Shown: positions 28,383-38,537, numbered from the stretch's first letter. The stretch is DNA of 64,000 nucleotides from Candidatus Wolfebacteria bacterium GW2011_GWA1_44_24 (GCA_001001115.1 LCIO01000001.1:300710-364709), one strand, 5' to 3'. Translations and numbers: made by a program. Notes: generated from the letters alone by a model not told the origin.

Positions 28383-29036
28383 ATGCCAAAAGCGCAAAAC
28401 ATAGCCACTCAGCAATTCGTTGACATTGAAGAAATCCGCGACGGCGCCGTGATTTTGAAAAACGGCGGGTTGCGCCGGATTTTAATGGTTTCCGGCGTCA
28501 ATTTCGAACTGAAATCCGAAGAAGAGCAGAACATTATAATTTATTCTTTCCAGAATTTTTTGAATACTCTTGATTTTTCCATCCAATTAGTGGTCCATTC
28601 GCGGAAGACCAACATCAACGATTATCTTGAGAAATTGAACGTTCGTCTCGAGCAGGAAGAAAACGAATTGCTAAAAAATCAGATGTCCGAATATATGGAA
28701 TTTATCAGGGCGTTTGTGGAGACCAATCCGATTATGGCAAAGACTTTTTTCGCCGTTGTGCCTTACGAATCAATCGATATTTCCAAGGCTGGCGGAGATT
28801 TATTAGCCACCCTGAAATTCTGGGAAAAGAAAAAAAACGGGGAAAAAGACGATGGTTTGGAGCAAAAAATAACGCAACTTAACCAAAGAACCGATATTGC
28901 GATAAACGGCCTGAATCAAGTCGGTTTGCGCGCCGTGGCTTTGAACGACGAAGAACTGATAGAATTGTTTTATAACCTTTATAATCCGGAAACGGTCGAG
29001 AAAAAAGAATTGAAAATCGCTCATGGAGAAAATTAA
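28383..29036 (+). CDS. TraC/VirB4-associated protein
   Basis: NFELKSEEEQ..FLNTLDFSIQ; sits between PrgI and the VirB4-like ATPase. Confidence 0.7.
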   Translation: MPKAQNIATQQFVDIEEIRDGAVILKNGGLRRILMVSGVNFELKSEEEQNIIIYSFQNFLNTLDFSIQLVVHSRKTNINDYLEKLNVRLEQEENELLKNQMSEYMEFIRAFVETNPIMAKTFFAVVPYESIDISKAGGDLLATLKFWEKKKNGEKDDGLEQKITQLNQRTDIAINGLNQVGLRAVALNDEELIELFYNLYNPETVEKKELKIAHGEN

Positions 29037-30771
29037 CATCCCTCAACCCTATACGGCTTCCGAGAAAGACATCAAGAATGTCATTTCGCCCGCGGCTTTG
29101 GAAAATAACCCGAGTTTTTTAAAATTGGGAGACAAATTTGTCAAAACGATTTTTCTTTTCACTTATCCGAGGTATCTTTCGGGTGGTTGGTTTAGCCGGA
29201 TTATCAATCTGCCGAATTTGCTGGATATTTCGGTTTTTGTCCATCCGGTTGACACCGCTTTGGCGTTGAAACAGCTCCGCAAAAAAACCGCCCAATTGGA
29301 AGCCCAATTGATTGAACGCGAAGAAAAAGGGTTGGTTCGAGACCCCCAGCTTGAGACCGCTGTCCAGGATATTGAAACTTTGCGGGATACTCTTCAGCAA
29401 GCCCGGGAAAAAATTTTTAATGTCGGAACTTACATCGCCTTTCAAGCCGATACGCTTGAGGAATTGAATAAATTAGAGGAAAGCGTTTATTCTTTGTTCG
29501 AAAGTCAGCTGATTTACGCCAAGCCGGCGCTTTTTCAGCAAATAGAGGGATTTTCCAGCGTTTTGCCTTTGGCGCAGGACAAATTGATGATTAACACCCC
29601 GCTTAACACTTCGCCGGCTTCATCTTTATTCCCCTTTGTTTCAATGGATTTGACCGCTGACGAGGGAATTTTATACGGCATCAATCGGCACAATAACGGC
29701 TTGATTATTTTTGACCGTTTTTCTTTGGAAAACGCCAATTCCGTGGTTTTTGCCAAAGCCGGCGCCGGAAAATCATTTGCCGTCAAATTGGAAATTTTGC
29801 GGTCTTTAATGCTGGGCATCGATGTTTTGATAATTGACCCGGAAAATGAATATGAAAAATTGGCGAACACCGTCGGCGGAAGTTTTTTTAAAATTTCTTT
29901 GAGTTCGGAAAATCAAATTAATCCTTTTGACATTCCGATTATTCCCAAAGGCGAAGAGCCGGCCGATGTTTTCAAGTCTCATATCTTGAATTTAACGGGC
30001 TTGGTAAAGTTGATGTTGGGAAAAATTACGCCCGAAGAAGACGCCATGCTGGACCGGGCGATTACCGAAACTTACGCTTCGCGGGGCATTACTCCGGAAA
30101 CGGAAAATTTTTCCAACATCGCGCCGCCGCTTTTAGGGGACTTGGAAACGGTTTTGGAAAATATGGAAGGAGGCCGGGGATTGGCCGAACGATTGTACAA
30201 ATTCACCAAAGGCACTTATTCCGGTTTCACCAACCGGCCGACCAACGTTGACATCAAAAACCGGCTGATTGTTTTTTCCATTCGCGATTTGGAGGAAGAA
30301 CTCAGGCCGATAGCGGTTTATATCGTGCTGAATTTCGTCTGGAATCTAATCAGGGCTGAATTCAAAAAACGGATAATGGTCATTGATGAAGCGTGGTGGA
30401 TGATGAAATATCCGGATAGCGCCTCTTTCCTTTTCTCTTTGGCAAAACGTTGCCGGAAATATTATCTGGGATTGACCACCATCACCCAGAACGTGGCGGA
30501 TTTTTTGGAATCGCCTTTTGGCCGGCCCATCATCACCAATTCCTCGCTTCAACTTTTGTTAAAGCAGTCGCCGGCGGAAATTGATGTCGTGGCTAAAACT
30601 TTCAATCTTTCCGAAGCCGAGAAACAATTGCTTTTGGAGGCCAATGTGGGCGAGGGTTTGTTTTTCGCCGGCCTGAAACACGCGGCCATCCAAATCGTCC
30701 CGTCTTATTTTGAGAATCAGATTATTACCACCAAACCCGAGGAGATATTGGAACAACAAAAAGAAATTTAA
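29023..30771 (+). CDS. VirB4/ConE-like secretion ATPase
   Basis: AKAGAGKS Walker A, IIDPENEY, INPFD, VIDEAW, RCRKY, ITQ. Confidence 0.9.
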   Translation: MEKINIPQPYTASEKDIKNVISPAALENNPSFLKLGDKFVKTIFLFTYPRYLSGGWFSRIINLPNLLDISVFVHPVDTALALKQLRKKTAQLEAQLIEREEKGLVRDPQLETAVQDIETLRDTLQQAREKIFNVGTYIAFQADTLEELNKLEESVYSLFESQLIYAKPALFQQIEGFSSVLPLAQDKLMINTPLNTSPASSLFPFVSMDLTADEGILYGINRHNNGLIIFDRFSLENANSVVFAKAGAGKSFAVKLEILRSLMLGIDVLIIDPENEYEKLANTVGGSFFKISLSSENQINPFDIPIIPKGEEPADVFKSHILNLTGLVKLMLGKITPEEDAMLDRAITETYASRGITPETENFSNIAPPLLGDLETVLENMEGGRGLAERLYKFTKGTYSGFTNRPTNVDIKNRLIVFSIRDLEEELRPIAVYIVLNFVWNLIRAEFKKRIMVIDEAWWMMKYPDSASFLFSLAKRCRKYYLGLTTITQNVADFLESPFGRPIITNSSLQLLLKQSPAEIDVVAKTFNLSEAEKQLLLEANVGEGLFFAGLKHAAIQIVPSYFENQIITTKPEEILEQQKEI

Positions 30772-30787
30772 AAATTTCAAAATTAAA

Positions 30788-31120
30788 ATGGACGAACAAA
30801 AAAAAATTTCATTGCCGGAAACGCTGATTTTAACGATGTATATCGGTTTTACCGATTTAATCGGCATTGTTCTTGTTTTTGCCGGCTTGGATGATTTTGG
30901 GATATTAGACGCCATAACCTTTCCGGTAACCCAATTTTATTTTAGAATAAAAGGAGTTAAAGCAACCGCGGATTTAATAGGCAACCTCATTGAACTTATT
31001 CCTTATGTCGGGGCGCTGCCGATCAGGACAATTACTTTATTGATAACGATTTACGCGGCTAACCACCCCGAGAAAATTGGGGCAATGGGAAGCTTAATGT
31101 CGGCGGCAAAAACAAAATGA
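30788..31120 (+). CDS. Small membrane protein
   Basis: Hydrophobic; ELIPYVGALP; ATG 30788. Confidence 0.7.
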   Translation: MDEQKKISLPETLILTMYIGFTDLIGIVLVFAGLDDFGILDAITFPVTQFYFRIKGVKATADLIGNLIELIPYVGALPIRTITLLITIYAANHPEKIGAMGSLMSAAKTK

Positions 31121-31818
31121 GACTTCACATCCCAAAACTTAAAACCCTCGTTTTTCTATTTTCTGCTTTCTGCTTTCTGCTTTCTGCTTTCGGGGCAAAT
31201 GCTCAAACCGCGCCCCAATTTTTGGTTTCTTGGAAGGCCCAGAGTTACGTGCCTTCTTGGTATCAAGGTAAAATTTTCCCGACCAACGGCAGTCGGATTG
31301 ACGTGAATTTTGAATTAATAGATAACGGGAAAATAGCCGACATTTCAAAAAAAGTCATCCGTTGGTATGTCAATGATGAATTGATGAAAAACGAAAAAAA
31401 CGGTTTGGGCATAAAATCTTTTTCTTTCAATGCCGCCGACTATCCGGGGAAGGAAACGGAAATCAGAATTGCCATGCCCGATTATTGGGACGTGCCGTTG
31501 GACAAAATTTTCATAATCCCGATAGTTTCGCCGGAAGTTGTTATTGACGCGCCTTATCCAAGCCGCCGGATTCCAGCTGATAGAAGCTCTTTTTTAGCCT
31601 ATCCGTTTTTCTTTAACATCGGAAATTCAAACAGTCTTTCTTTCGAGTGGTTTGTGAATGACCAATCGGCAAAAGCCGGAGAAAATCCTTCGGCGCTGAA
31701 TTTGAATATTGATTCAACGGCTCCCAAAGGGTTCGCCATTGATATTAAAGTCGTAGTCAAAAATTTGTTGAATGAAATGGAATTTGCGGGCAAAAACATA
31801 AAAATGGAAATAAAATGA
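31117..31818 (+). CDS. Secreted beta-rich (Ig-like) protein
   Basis: Signal peptide; SYVPSWYQGK; two W(Y/F)VND strands. Confidence 0.7.
   Translation: MRLHIPKLKTLVFLFSAFCFLLSAFGANAQTAPQFLVSWKAQSYVPSWYQGKIFPTNGSRIDVNFELIDNGKIADISKKVIRWYVNDELMKNEKNGLGIKSFSFNAADYPGKETEIRIAMPDYWDVPLDKIFIIPIVSPEVVIDAPYPSRRIPADRSSFLAYPFFFNIGNSNSLSFEWFVNDQSAKAGENPSALNLNIDSTAPKGFAIDIKVVVKNLLNEMEFAGKNIKMEIK
31160..31187 (+). repeat. Perfect heptamer repeat (TTTCTGC)x4 in signal peptide
   Basis: Four exact units plus degenerate flanks; encode FSAFCFLLSAF. Confidence 0.92.
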
Positions 31819-32714
31819 CAAAAAAACTTCCGAAAATTTTAATAGGTTTGTCAATCGCCATATTTCTACTTTCCATTTTTCACTTTTTATTTTTTGATAA
31901 AATATTGGCGGCTGATTTAAATTTTCAGCCAAGTTATCCTTGGGGGGAAGGAGAACAGCCGATAGGAGGCTTGGTCTCTAAATTTTACATTTACGCTTTG
32001 GCGATTGTCGGCGTAGTGGCTTTGGGAGCGATTATTTACGGAGGAATACTTTATACGGTTTCCAGCGGCAGTCCTTCTCAACAGCAAGAAGCCAAGAATT
32101 GGATTACCGGCGCCATTTGGGGAGTGGTTCTTCTGGCGGGCGCGGTTTTGCTTTTAAGGACTATTAATCCGGAATTGGTGAAATTAACGGAGCCGGGTGA
32201 TTTAATCGACAAGAATATAACAATAACATCGCTGACGAAAAACGCCAGCACTTTGCTTTTTATCCAAGAACAAGGGGAAATCGGTTCAAATAAAAAGTTC
32301 AATTCTTTGGAAGCGCTTGATTATTTAAATGGGGTGGCTTCGGTTAAAAATCCTTGCACAGCGCTTTTGATATCCGGCGGTTCTGATTGCGTTCAGCTTA
32401 ACGGTATTAGGCAAACCACTTTGGACGAAATAAAAAATTTAAGTTTAGAAATAGGGTCCTCCAATGTGTTTATTACCGGCGCCACCGAATCCAGAATCCA
32501 TTCTTCCGGTCAATACAGCCACGAGAATGGTTATAAAGTTGATTTAAGATTGGACGATGAATTGACAAATTATATTGAGCAAAAGTTTCAATCAGCCGGC
32601 TATCGGACTGAAAGCAACGGTTCTCAATCGCCGGTTTATATAAATCCTTCGACCGGAAGCGTTTACACCAAAGAAGGAAATCATTGGGACATTTCGGTAA
32701 TTCCCAAAATTTAA
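31815..32714 (+). CDS. T4SS-type pilin (VirB2/TrbC-like) fused to a LAS/M15-like metallopeptidase domain
   Basis: IIYGGILY..S.G..EAKNWITGAIWG..LLRTINP pilin pattern; C-terminal H-x6-D (HENGYKVD) and HWD. Confidence 0.7.
   Translation: MTKKLPKILIGLSIAIFLLSIFHFLFFDKILAADLNFQPSYPWGEGEQPIGGLVSKFYIYALAIVGVVALGAIIYGGILYTVSSGSPSQQQEAKNWITGAIWGVVLLAGAVLLLRTINPELVKLTEPGDLIDKNITITSLTKNASTLLFIQEQGEIGSNKKFNSLEALDYLNGVASVKNPCTALLISGGSDCVQLNGIRQTTLDEIKNLSLEIGSSNVFITGATESRIHSSGQYSHENGYKVDLRLDDELTNYIEQKFQSAGYRTESNGSQSPVYINPSTGSVYTKEGNHWDISVIPKI
31863..31890 (+). repeat. Degenerate heptamer repeat x4 in the pilin leader
   Basis: TTTCTAC TTTCCAT TTTTCAC TTTTTAT. Confidence 0.6.
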
Positions 32715-32737
32715 TTTATCATAATAGAAAATATTCA

Positions 32738-33859
32738 ATGAAAAGAATTTTTATTATCATTGTCGTTATAATTATTTTTATCGCCGTCGGTTTCGGCGTT
32801 TATTTCGGTTGGAAAAAATCCAAAGAAATTTTAACGCCGCCGATGGCGGAACAAGGATCGCCGCAAGGCGCGGCGTCTCAAACTCCGGAACATCAAAGAT
32901 TGAAAATCCTGAGCGACCAGCCGGTTTTTAATTATTTTATCCGTCAAGGCATAGGTGGTTTAGCCACCTCTTCGGAGATTTTTTATGTCAATTCAAGCGG
33001 CCAAATTCTGAAAGTCAGCGGAGGGGAAGATGAAATAATCAGCGACCGGATAGTCGAAAATTTTCAAGGAATCGAAGCGGATAAAAGCGGCGACAGAATC
33101 ATCGTAAAATACGGGCTTCAAAGCGCGCCTCAGTTCGAAATTTTTGATTTGGGGAAAAAAATTTGGCAGCCGTTGAGCGGAATTTCGGCCGCGACTTTTT
33201 TGCCGGACGGAACAAAAATCGCTTATTTGGAAAATATCAAAAATTCTTCAGTCAGCAATTTAATAACGAAAAGTTTAACCGGCGTCAAACCCGTAATTGC
33301 AAAAATTTTGTCAATAAATCAAAAAGATTTTGACTTGAAGTGGCTGACTTCGAACAAAATTCTTCTGGTTTCTAAACCATCCAGTCAAATAGTCGGAGAA
33401 ATTTGGGAAATAGACATTAACAAGAAAACAATGAGATTGTTCGCCGACGGCTACGGTTTGATGATTAATTGGGCAAAAGACAATAGTTTGGGTTTGAAAT
33501 TCAGCGTAACTCAAAAAGGAGAAAGCGAATTGAATTTGATTGACAGCGCCGGCGTCGCAAAAGCCAGCCTTGGTTTTTCCACTTTGCCGGATAAATGCTT
33601 AATCGGTTTGGCGAAAATTTACTGCGCCATTCCGCAAAATTACAACGCCGTTAAAGCGCCTTTGTTACCCGACGATTATCTGAAAAAAGCGGTTTATTTT
33701 GAAGACAAAATTTATGAAATCGACATCAAAGCGAATTCTTTTTTGGAAATTCCGATTGGAGCGGAAACGGTTATTGACGCGGTTAATCTTTCACTGGCGG
33801 GAAACGCCGTTATTTTCATGAACCGGTACGATAATAAATTGTATAAATTGGATTTATAG
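32738..33859 (+). CDS. Membrane-anchored putative beta-propeller protein
   Basis: N-terminal TM; FLPDGTKIAY (TolB-like blade); LPDDYLK. Confidence 0.65.
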   Translation: MKRIFIIIVVIIIFIAVGFGVYFGWKKSKEILTPPMAEQGSPQGAASQTPEHQRLKILSDQPVFNYFIRQGIGGLATSSEIFYVNSSGQILKVSGGEDEIISDRIVENFQGIEADKSGDRIIVKYGLQSAPQFEIFDLGKKIWQPLSGISAATFLPDGTKIAYLENIKNSSVSNLITKSLTGVKPVIAKILSINQKDFDLKWLTSNKILLVSKPSSQIVGEIWEIDINKKTMRLFADGYGLMINWAKDNSLGLKFSVTQKGESELNLIDSAGVAKASLGFSTLPDKCLIGLAKIYCAIPQNYNAVKAPLLPDDYLKKAVYFEDKIYEIDIKANSFLEIPIGAETVIDAVNLSLAGNAVIFMNRYDNKLYKLDL

Positions 33860-33863
33860 GATT

Positions 33864-35177
33864 ATGTTTCAGCGGATTCTCTTATATTCCAAATTGCCCG
33901 AGATGCGGCTTTTTTGGTTTTTTTTGCCGCTGATTTTGGTTATTTTCGGCATTGAGATTTTTTATCTTCCCGTTTTTTTTCTTTGGATAAGCGCAGGTTT
34001 TTTCATTGTTTTGGCGGCAATTATTTTGGTCAACAATCTTCGTTTGGCGCGGTCAAATTTGGAAATCAAAATCGAGCGGAATGAATTGTCGGGAATCATT
34101 TTTGCTCTTCGCGACGGCATTATCGCTTACGATTCGGATTTCAAAATTCTGCTTTTTAACAAAGCCGCGGAATCGATTTTCAACTTAGCGGCGGCAAATG
34201 TTCTGGGTCGCCGTCTTTCGCCGGAACAAATCAGGGAACCGCATTTCAATTTGTTGATTTACGTCCTTTTTCCGTCGCTGGCGCCGGTTGTTATAAAACG
34301 TTCGGAAGTCGGCGCCGAGCCCCAGATAATCGACCTTTCTTTTGACGAGCCGAGAAAAGAACTGCGGGTGATTACCAATAAAATCATCGACCCCAACGGC
34401 GCGCTTTTGGGATTCGTCAAGGTGGTCAGTGACCGCACCCGAGAAAAAGAGATGTTGCGTTCAAAAAACGAATTTATCGCTACCGCCGCCCACCAGTTGC
34501 GCACGCCCTTGACCGGCATCAATTGGGCCCTTGAAACGTTGGTTGCCGAGTCGCTTCCCGAAAATCAGAAACAGATAGTGAAATCGGGATTACAAACATC
34601 CGCTTTTTTGTTAAAAATCGTCAATGATTTGCTTGATGTTTCAAAAATCGAGGAAGGCCGGTTCGGTTATGATTTTGAAAAAACGAATTTCATCGATTTC
34701 GCTGAGAAAATTATTCTGGAAGCTGAAAAGATAGCCGATGAAATCGGCGTTAAAATTTATTTTCAAAAGCCAGTCGAGCCGGTTGAAATCAATATCGATT
34801 CCCAGAAATTAGGCATTGCTCTGTACAATCTTTTGGATAACGCCATCCGTTATAATGTCAAAAACGGCGAAGTGATTGTTAGCGTCGAAAAACTTCGAGA
34901 CAAGCCCTATATTCAGGTAAGCGTCAAAGACACGGGCATCGGCATCCCGCGAGAAGATATTGAAAATATATTCGTCAAATTCTTCCGGGCTGATAACGCC
35001 GTGAAATCGGCTCCTAACGGCAGCGGTTTGGGGCTTTATATCGTTAGGAATATTATCAAGCGTCACGGCGGAGAAATTCGGGTTGAATCGGAATTGAACC
35101 GTGGCAGCGTTTTTTATTTTACTCTGCCGATTGACCCGGAACTGATTCCGCCTAAAGAAACGGCGTATGACGAGTGA
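33864..35177 (+). CDS. PAS-domain sensor histidine kinase
   Basis: 2 TM, PAS, HQLRTPL, NLLDNAIRY, DTGIGI, GSGLGL. Confidence 0.95.
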   Translation: MFQRILLYSKLPEMRLFWFFLPLILVIFGIEIFYLPVFFLWISAGFFIVLAAIILVNNLRLARSNLEIKIERNELSGIIFALRDGIIAYDSDFKILLFNKAAESIFNLAAANVLGRRLSPEQIREPHFNLLIYVLFPSLAPVVIKRSEVGAEPQIIDLSFDEPRKELRVITNKIIDPNGALLGFVKVVSDRTREKEMLRSKNEFIATAAHQLRTPLTGINWALETLVAESLPENQKQIVKSGLQTSAFLLKIVNDLLDVSKIEEGRFGYDFEKTNFIDFAEKIILEAEKIADEIGVKIYFQKPVEPVEINIDSQKLGIALYNLLDNAIRYNVKNGEVIVSVEKLRDKPYIQVSVKDTGIGIPREDIENIFVKFFRADNAVKSAPNGSGLGLYIVRNIIKRHGGEIRVESELNRGSVFYFTLPIDPELIPPKETAYDE

Positions 35178-35179
35178 TT

Positions 35180-36085
35180 ATGCCCGAACTTCCTGAGGTC
35201 CAGACTATCGTAAACGATTTGAATAAAAAAATTTTGGGCCGAAAGATTGTTGGTGTCTGGCTTAATACCCTGAAAATCATCAAAAAGCCGAAAGCCGCTG
35301 ATTTGGAAAAGCAAATCAAGGGATTAAGAATTAAAGCCGTTAAACGCCGCGGGAAAAACATCCTTATTTATTTAGAAAAATGCCAGATGTTAAATGTCGG
35401 ATGTCAGACGTTTTTATTACTGATTCATCAAAAGTTAACCGGACATCTTTTAATGGGGAAGTGGAAAATTGAGAAGGGGCGGGTTAAAAGTTTATTAAAA
35501 GGACCGTTGGAAGAAAAAGTCAATAATTATATTCATTTAATTTTTTATCTGGACAACGGCTGGCAAATGGCTTTGTCGGATTTACGGAAATTCGCCAAAG
35601 TGCTGTTCGGCTTGAAAGAAGAAATTGAGAAATTGCCGGATTTGGCGGAAATCGGGCCGGAGCCGTTGGATAAATCTTTCAATTTTTTAATATTTCAATC
35701 AGCAATTTCCAATAAAAAAGGCAGGATTAAACAGGTTTTGATGGACCAGAAAGTAATTGCCGGCATCGGCAATATTTATTCGGATGAAATTTTGTGGCAG
35801 GCAAAGATTCATCCCTTTATTCCGGCTAACAAGCTAAAAATTAATCAGTTAAAAGCTTTGTATTCAGCGATGCGGCAGATTCTGAAAAAGGCCTTAAAAT
35901 TAAGAGGAACTTCAATCAGCGATTTTCGGGACGCCTTTGGCAAGCCCGGGAGATACGCGGAAATCAGAAAAATTTATCAACGCGAAGGCGAAAAATGCCC
36001 GCGTTGCAAAACAATCGTCAAGAGAGTTAAAATGGGAGGAAGATCGGCGCATTTTTGTCCAAGATGCCAAAGAAATCTAAGGTAA
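35180..36085 (+). CDS. mutM: Formamidopyrimidine-DNA glycosylase
   Basis: MPELPEV, RRGK, GIGNIYSDE, C4 zinc finger. Confidence 0.96.
   Translation: MPELPEVQTIVNDLNKKILGRKIVGVWLNTLKIIKKPKAADLEKQIKGLRIKAVKRRGKNILIYLEKCQMLNVGCQTFLLLIHQKLTGHLLMGKWKIEKGRVKSLLKGPLEEKVNNYIHLIFYLDNGWQMALSDLRKFAKVLFGLKEEIEKLPDLAEIGPEPLDKSFNFLIFQSAISNKKGRIKQVLMDQKVIAGIGNIYSDEILWQAKIHPFIPANKLKINQLKALYSAMRQILKKALKLRGTSISDFRDAFGKPGRYAEIRKIYQREGEKCPRCKTIVKRVKMGGRSAHFCPRCQRNLR
35378..35412 (+). repeat. Heptamer repeat x5 inside mutM
   Basis: AAATGCC AGATGTT AAATGTC GGATGTC AGACGTT, encoding KCQMLNVGCQTF. Confidence 0.8.
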
Positions 36086-37710
36086 AATATATTTTTGTCG
36101 TCGGCGGCGTGATGAGCGGCGTGGGCAAGGGAGTGACAACCGCTTCCATCGGGAAAATTTTGCAAGCCCGCGGTTTTGAAGTGACGGCCATGAAAATCGA
36201 CCCCTATGTCAATATCGACGCCGGCACCATGAATCCGACAGAGCACGGGGAAGTTTTTGTTTTGGACGACGGAATGGAATGCGACCAAGATATGGGAAAT
36301 TATGAACGATTTTTGGACCGCGATTTGACAGCCGACAATTATATGACCACCGGCAGCGTTTATCTTTCGGTGATTAACAAAGAAAGAAATCTTGAATATC
36401 ACGGTTCTTGCGTGGAAGTAGTGCCCCATATTCCACTTGAGGTTATCGGAAAAATCGACAAGGCGGCTTCTAAAAATAAAGCCGAAATAGTCATCACGGA
36501 AATCGGCGGAACAGTCGGCGAATACCAGAACATTTTATTTTTGGAAGCCATCCGAATATTGAAACTCAAAAAACCCGACGATGTTCTTTTGGTTCTGGTA
36601 AGTTATTTGCCTCAACAAGGAGAGGGCGGGGAACTTAAAACCAAGCCCACTCAGTACGCGGTTCGTACTTTAAATTCCGCCGGCATTCAGCCGGATATCA
36701 TTATCGCTCGGGCCGGCGTCCGTTTGGACAAGAAAAGAAAAGATAAAATCGGTTTTAATTGCAATGTTCGCGAGCAAGACGTAATTTCCGCTCCGGATGT
36801 CGAAAGCATTTACGAGGTGCCGCTGAATTTCGAGAAAGACAATCTCAGCCAGAATATTTTAGAGAAATTAAATCTTAAATCCCGCGGGAAAAATTTGAGA
36901 GAATGGCAGCGATTGGCGGGAATAATCAGGAAAGCGAAAAAACCGGTTAAAATCGGCATTGTGGGCAAGTATTTCGGCGCCGGAGAATTTATCCTGTCCG
37001 ATTCTTACATTTCGGTGATTGAGGCCATTAAACACGCAGCTTGCGCTTTAAAAGTCAGGCCAATCATCCAGTGGCTCAATGCCGAAGAATTTGAAGGGGC
37101 CAAAAGCGCTTCGGCTTTGAAAAAATTGTCGGATTACCATGGCGTTATCATTCCCGGCGGTTTCGGCAGTCGGGGAATCAAAGGAAAATTGGCGGTGATT
37201 AAGTATTTGCGTTCAAATAAAATTCCGTTTTTGGGGCTTTGTTACGGAATGCAATTGGCGGTAATAGAATTCAGCCGCTCGGTAGCCGGCCTTAAGAACG
37301 CCAACACCACGGAAATCGAGCCAAACACTCCTCATCCGGTAATCGATATTTTGCCGGAGCAGAAAAAAAATCTGACGGAAAAGAATTACGGCGGCACGAT
37401 GAGATTGGGGGCTTGTCCGGCGGCGTTGAAAAAAAATACCATCGCGGCAAGCGCCTACAAAAATTTTTTGATTTCCGAACGGCACCGCCATCGTTACGAA
37501 GTTAATCCGAAATATATTGAAAAATTGGAAAAGAAAGGATTGGTTTTCTCCGGTTTTTCGCCAAACCGGCAGTTAATGGAAATTATTGAACTGCCCAAGG
37601 AAAAGCATCCGTTTTTTGTCGCCACCCAATTTCATCCGGAATTCAAATCAAAGCCGTTGAAGCCGCATCCGTTATTCAGAGAATTTATGGGAGCGGCCGT
37701 TAAAAAATGA
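36064..37710 (+). CDS. pyrG: CTP synthase
   Basis: GGVMSGVGKG, KIDPY, KTKPTQ, GLCYGMQ, QFHPEF. Confidence 0.98.
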   Translation: MPKKSKVKYIFVVGGVMSGVGKGVTTASIGKILQARGFEVTAMKIDPYVNIDAGTMNPTEHGEVFVLDDGMECDQDMGNYERFLDRDLTADNYMTTGSVYLSVINKERNLEYHGSCVEVVPHIPLEVIGKIDKAASKNKAEIVITEIGGTVGEYQNILFLEAIRILKLKKPDDVLLVLVSYLPQQGEGGELKTKPTQYAVRTLNSAGIQPDIIIARAGVRLDKKRKDKIGFNCNVREQDVISAPDVESIYEVPLNFEKDNLSQNILEKLNLKSRGKNLREWQRLAGIIRKAKKPVKIGIVGKYFGAGEFILSDSYISVIEAIKHAACALKVRPIIQWLNAEEFEGAKSASALKKLSDYHGVIIPGGFGSRGIKGKLAVIKYLRSNKIPFLGLCYGMQLAVIEFSRSVAGLKNANTTEIEPNTPHPVIDILPEQKKNLTEKNYGGTMRLGACPAALKKNTIAASAYKNFLISERHRHRYEVNPKYIEKLEKKGLVFSGFSPNRQLMEIIELPKEKHPFFVATQFHPEFKSKPLKPHPLFREFMGAAVKK

Positions 37711-38537
37711 TAATTTTTCTTTACGGCCCCGATTCTTATCGTCGACGGAAAAAACTGAATGAAATGGTCAGCCGGTACAAAACCAAACACTTAAGCTGGG
37801 AAAATTTTGATTTCGGTAAGTCCGAAACTGAAAAGGAATTTTCGCGATGCCGGGAGTTTTTCGCCAGCCGTTCGCTTTTTGAAAAAGAAAAATTGGGAAT
37901 TTTGGAAGATATTTTTGCCGTTCCTTCGGAAATTTTTGAGGGGATTTCCGGGGATTTGAAAAATTTTTTAAAATCCAATCTTGAAGATAAAAATTTCATA
38001 CTACTGATTTCCGGCGGGAAAACGCCGCCAAAAAGTTTCAGCTTTCTTCTGGAGAAACCGGTTTTATTTCAGGAATTTGGAAATCTCGAAGGCGACCGAT
38101 TGGTTTTTTTTATCAGAAAAGAAGCCAGGGCGCGAGGATTGGAATTGGATTCGCGAGCGGTTAATTTTTTGGCGGAGATTTTCCGAGAAGATATCTGGGG
38201 ATTGATAAACGAATTGGAAAAACTTTCACTTTTGAACTCAAAAAAAATTGATGCCACCCGCTTAAATGAGTTAATTGATTATTATCGGCCGTTGGCTCGG
38301 CCGAAATTTTTTAACCAGCTCAACGGCTTATTCAGTCATTCATTGAGCCGGAGATTGGTTGATTTGGAAATTTTATTCGGCCATCAGGAAGAGCCGGTAA
38401 AAATTTTTAATATTCTGGCCACTTCTTATCTCAACACGGTTTTTTCGCTTCAAAAGCTGGCTGATTACGACGCGGCGATAAAATCTGGCAAGTTGGATTA
38501 CGAAGAAGCATTAGTTGATTTGGCGTTAGAAGGATAA
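37707..38537 (+). CDS. holA: DNA polymerase III delta subunit
   Basis: IFLYGPDSY, SLF, NELEKL. Confidence 0.75.
   Translation: MIIFLYGPDSYRRRKKLNEMVSRYKTKHLSWENFDFGKSETEKEFSRCREFFASRSLFEKEKLGILEDIFAVPSEIFEGISGDLKNFLKSNLEDKNFILLISGGKTPPKSFSFLLEKPVLFQEFGNLEGDRLVFFIRKEARARGLELDSRAVNFLAEIFREDIWGLINELEKLSLLNSKKIDATRLNELIDYYRPLARPKFFNQLNGLFSHSLSRRLVDLEILFGHQEEPVKIFNILATSYLNTVFSLQKLADYDAAIKSGKLDYEEALVDLALEG

Noticed and set aside
22756..33859. Integrated conjugative element or prophage
   Set aside because: No relaxase, coupling protein, integrase, flanking repeats or phage structural genes.
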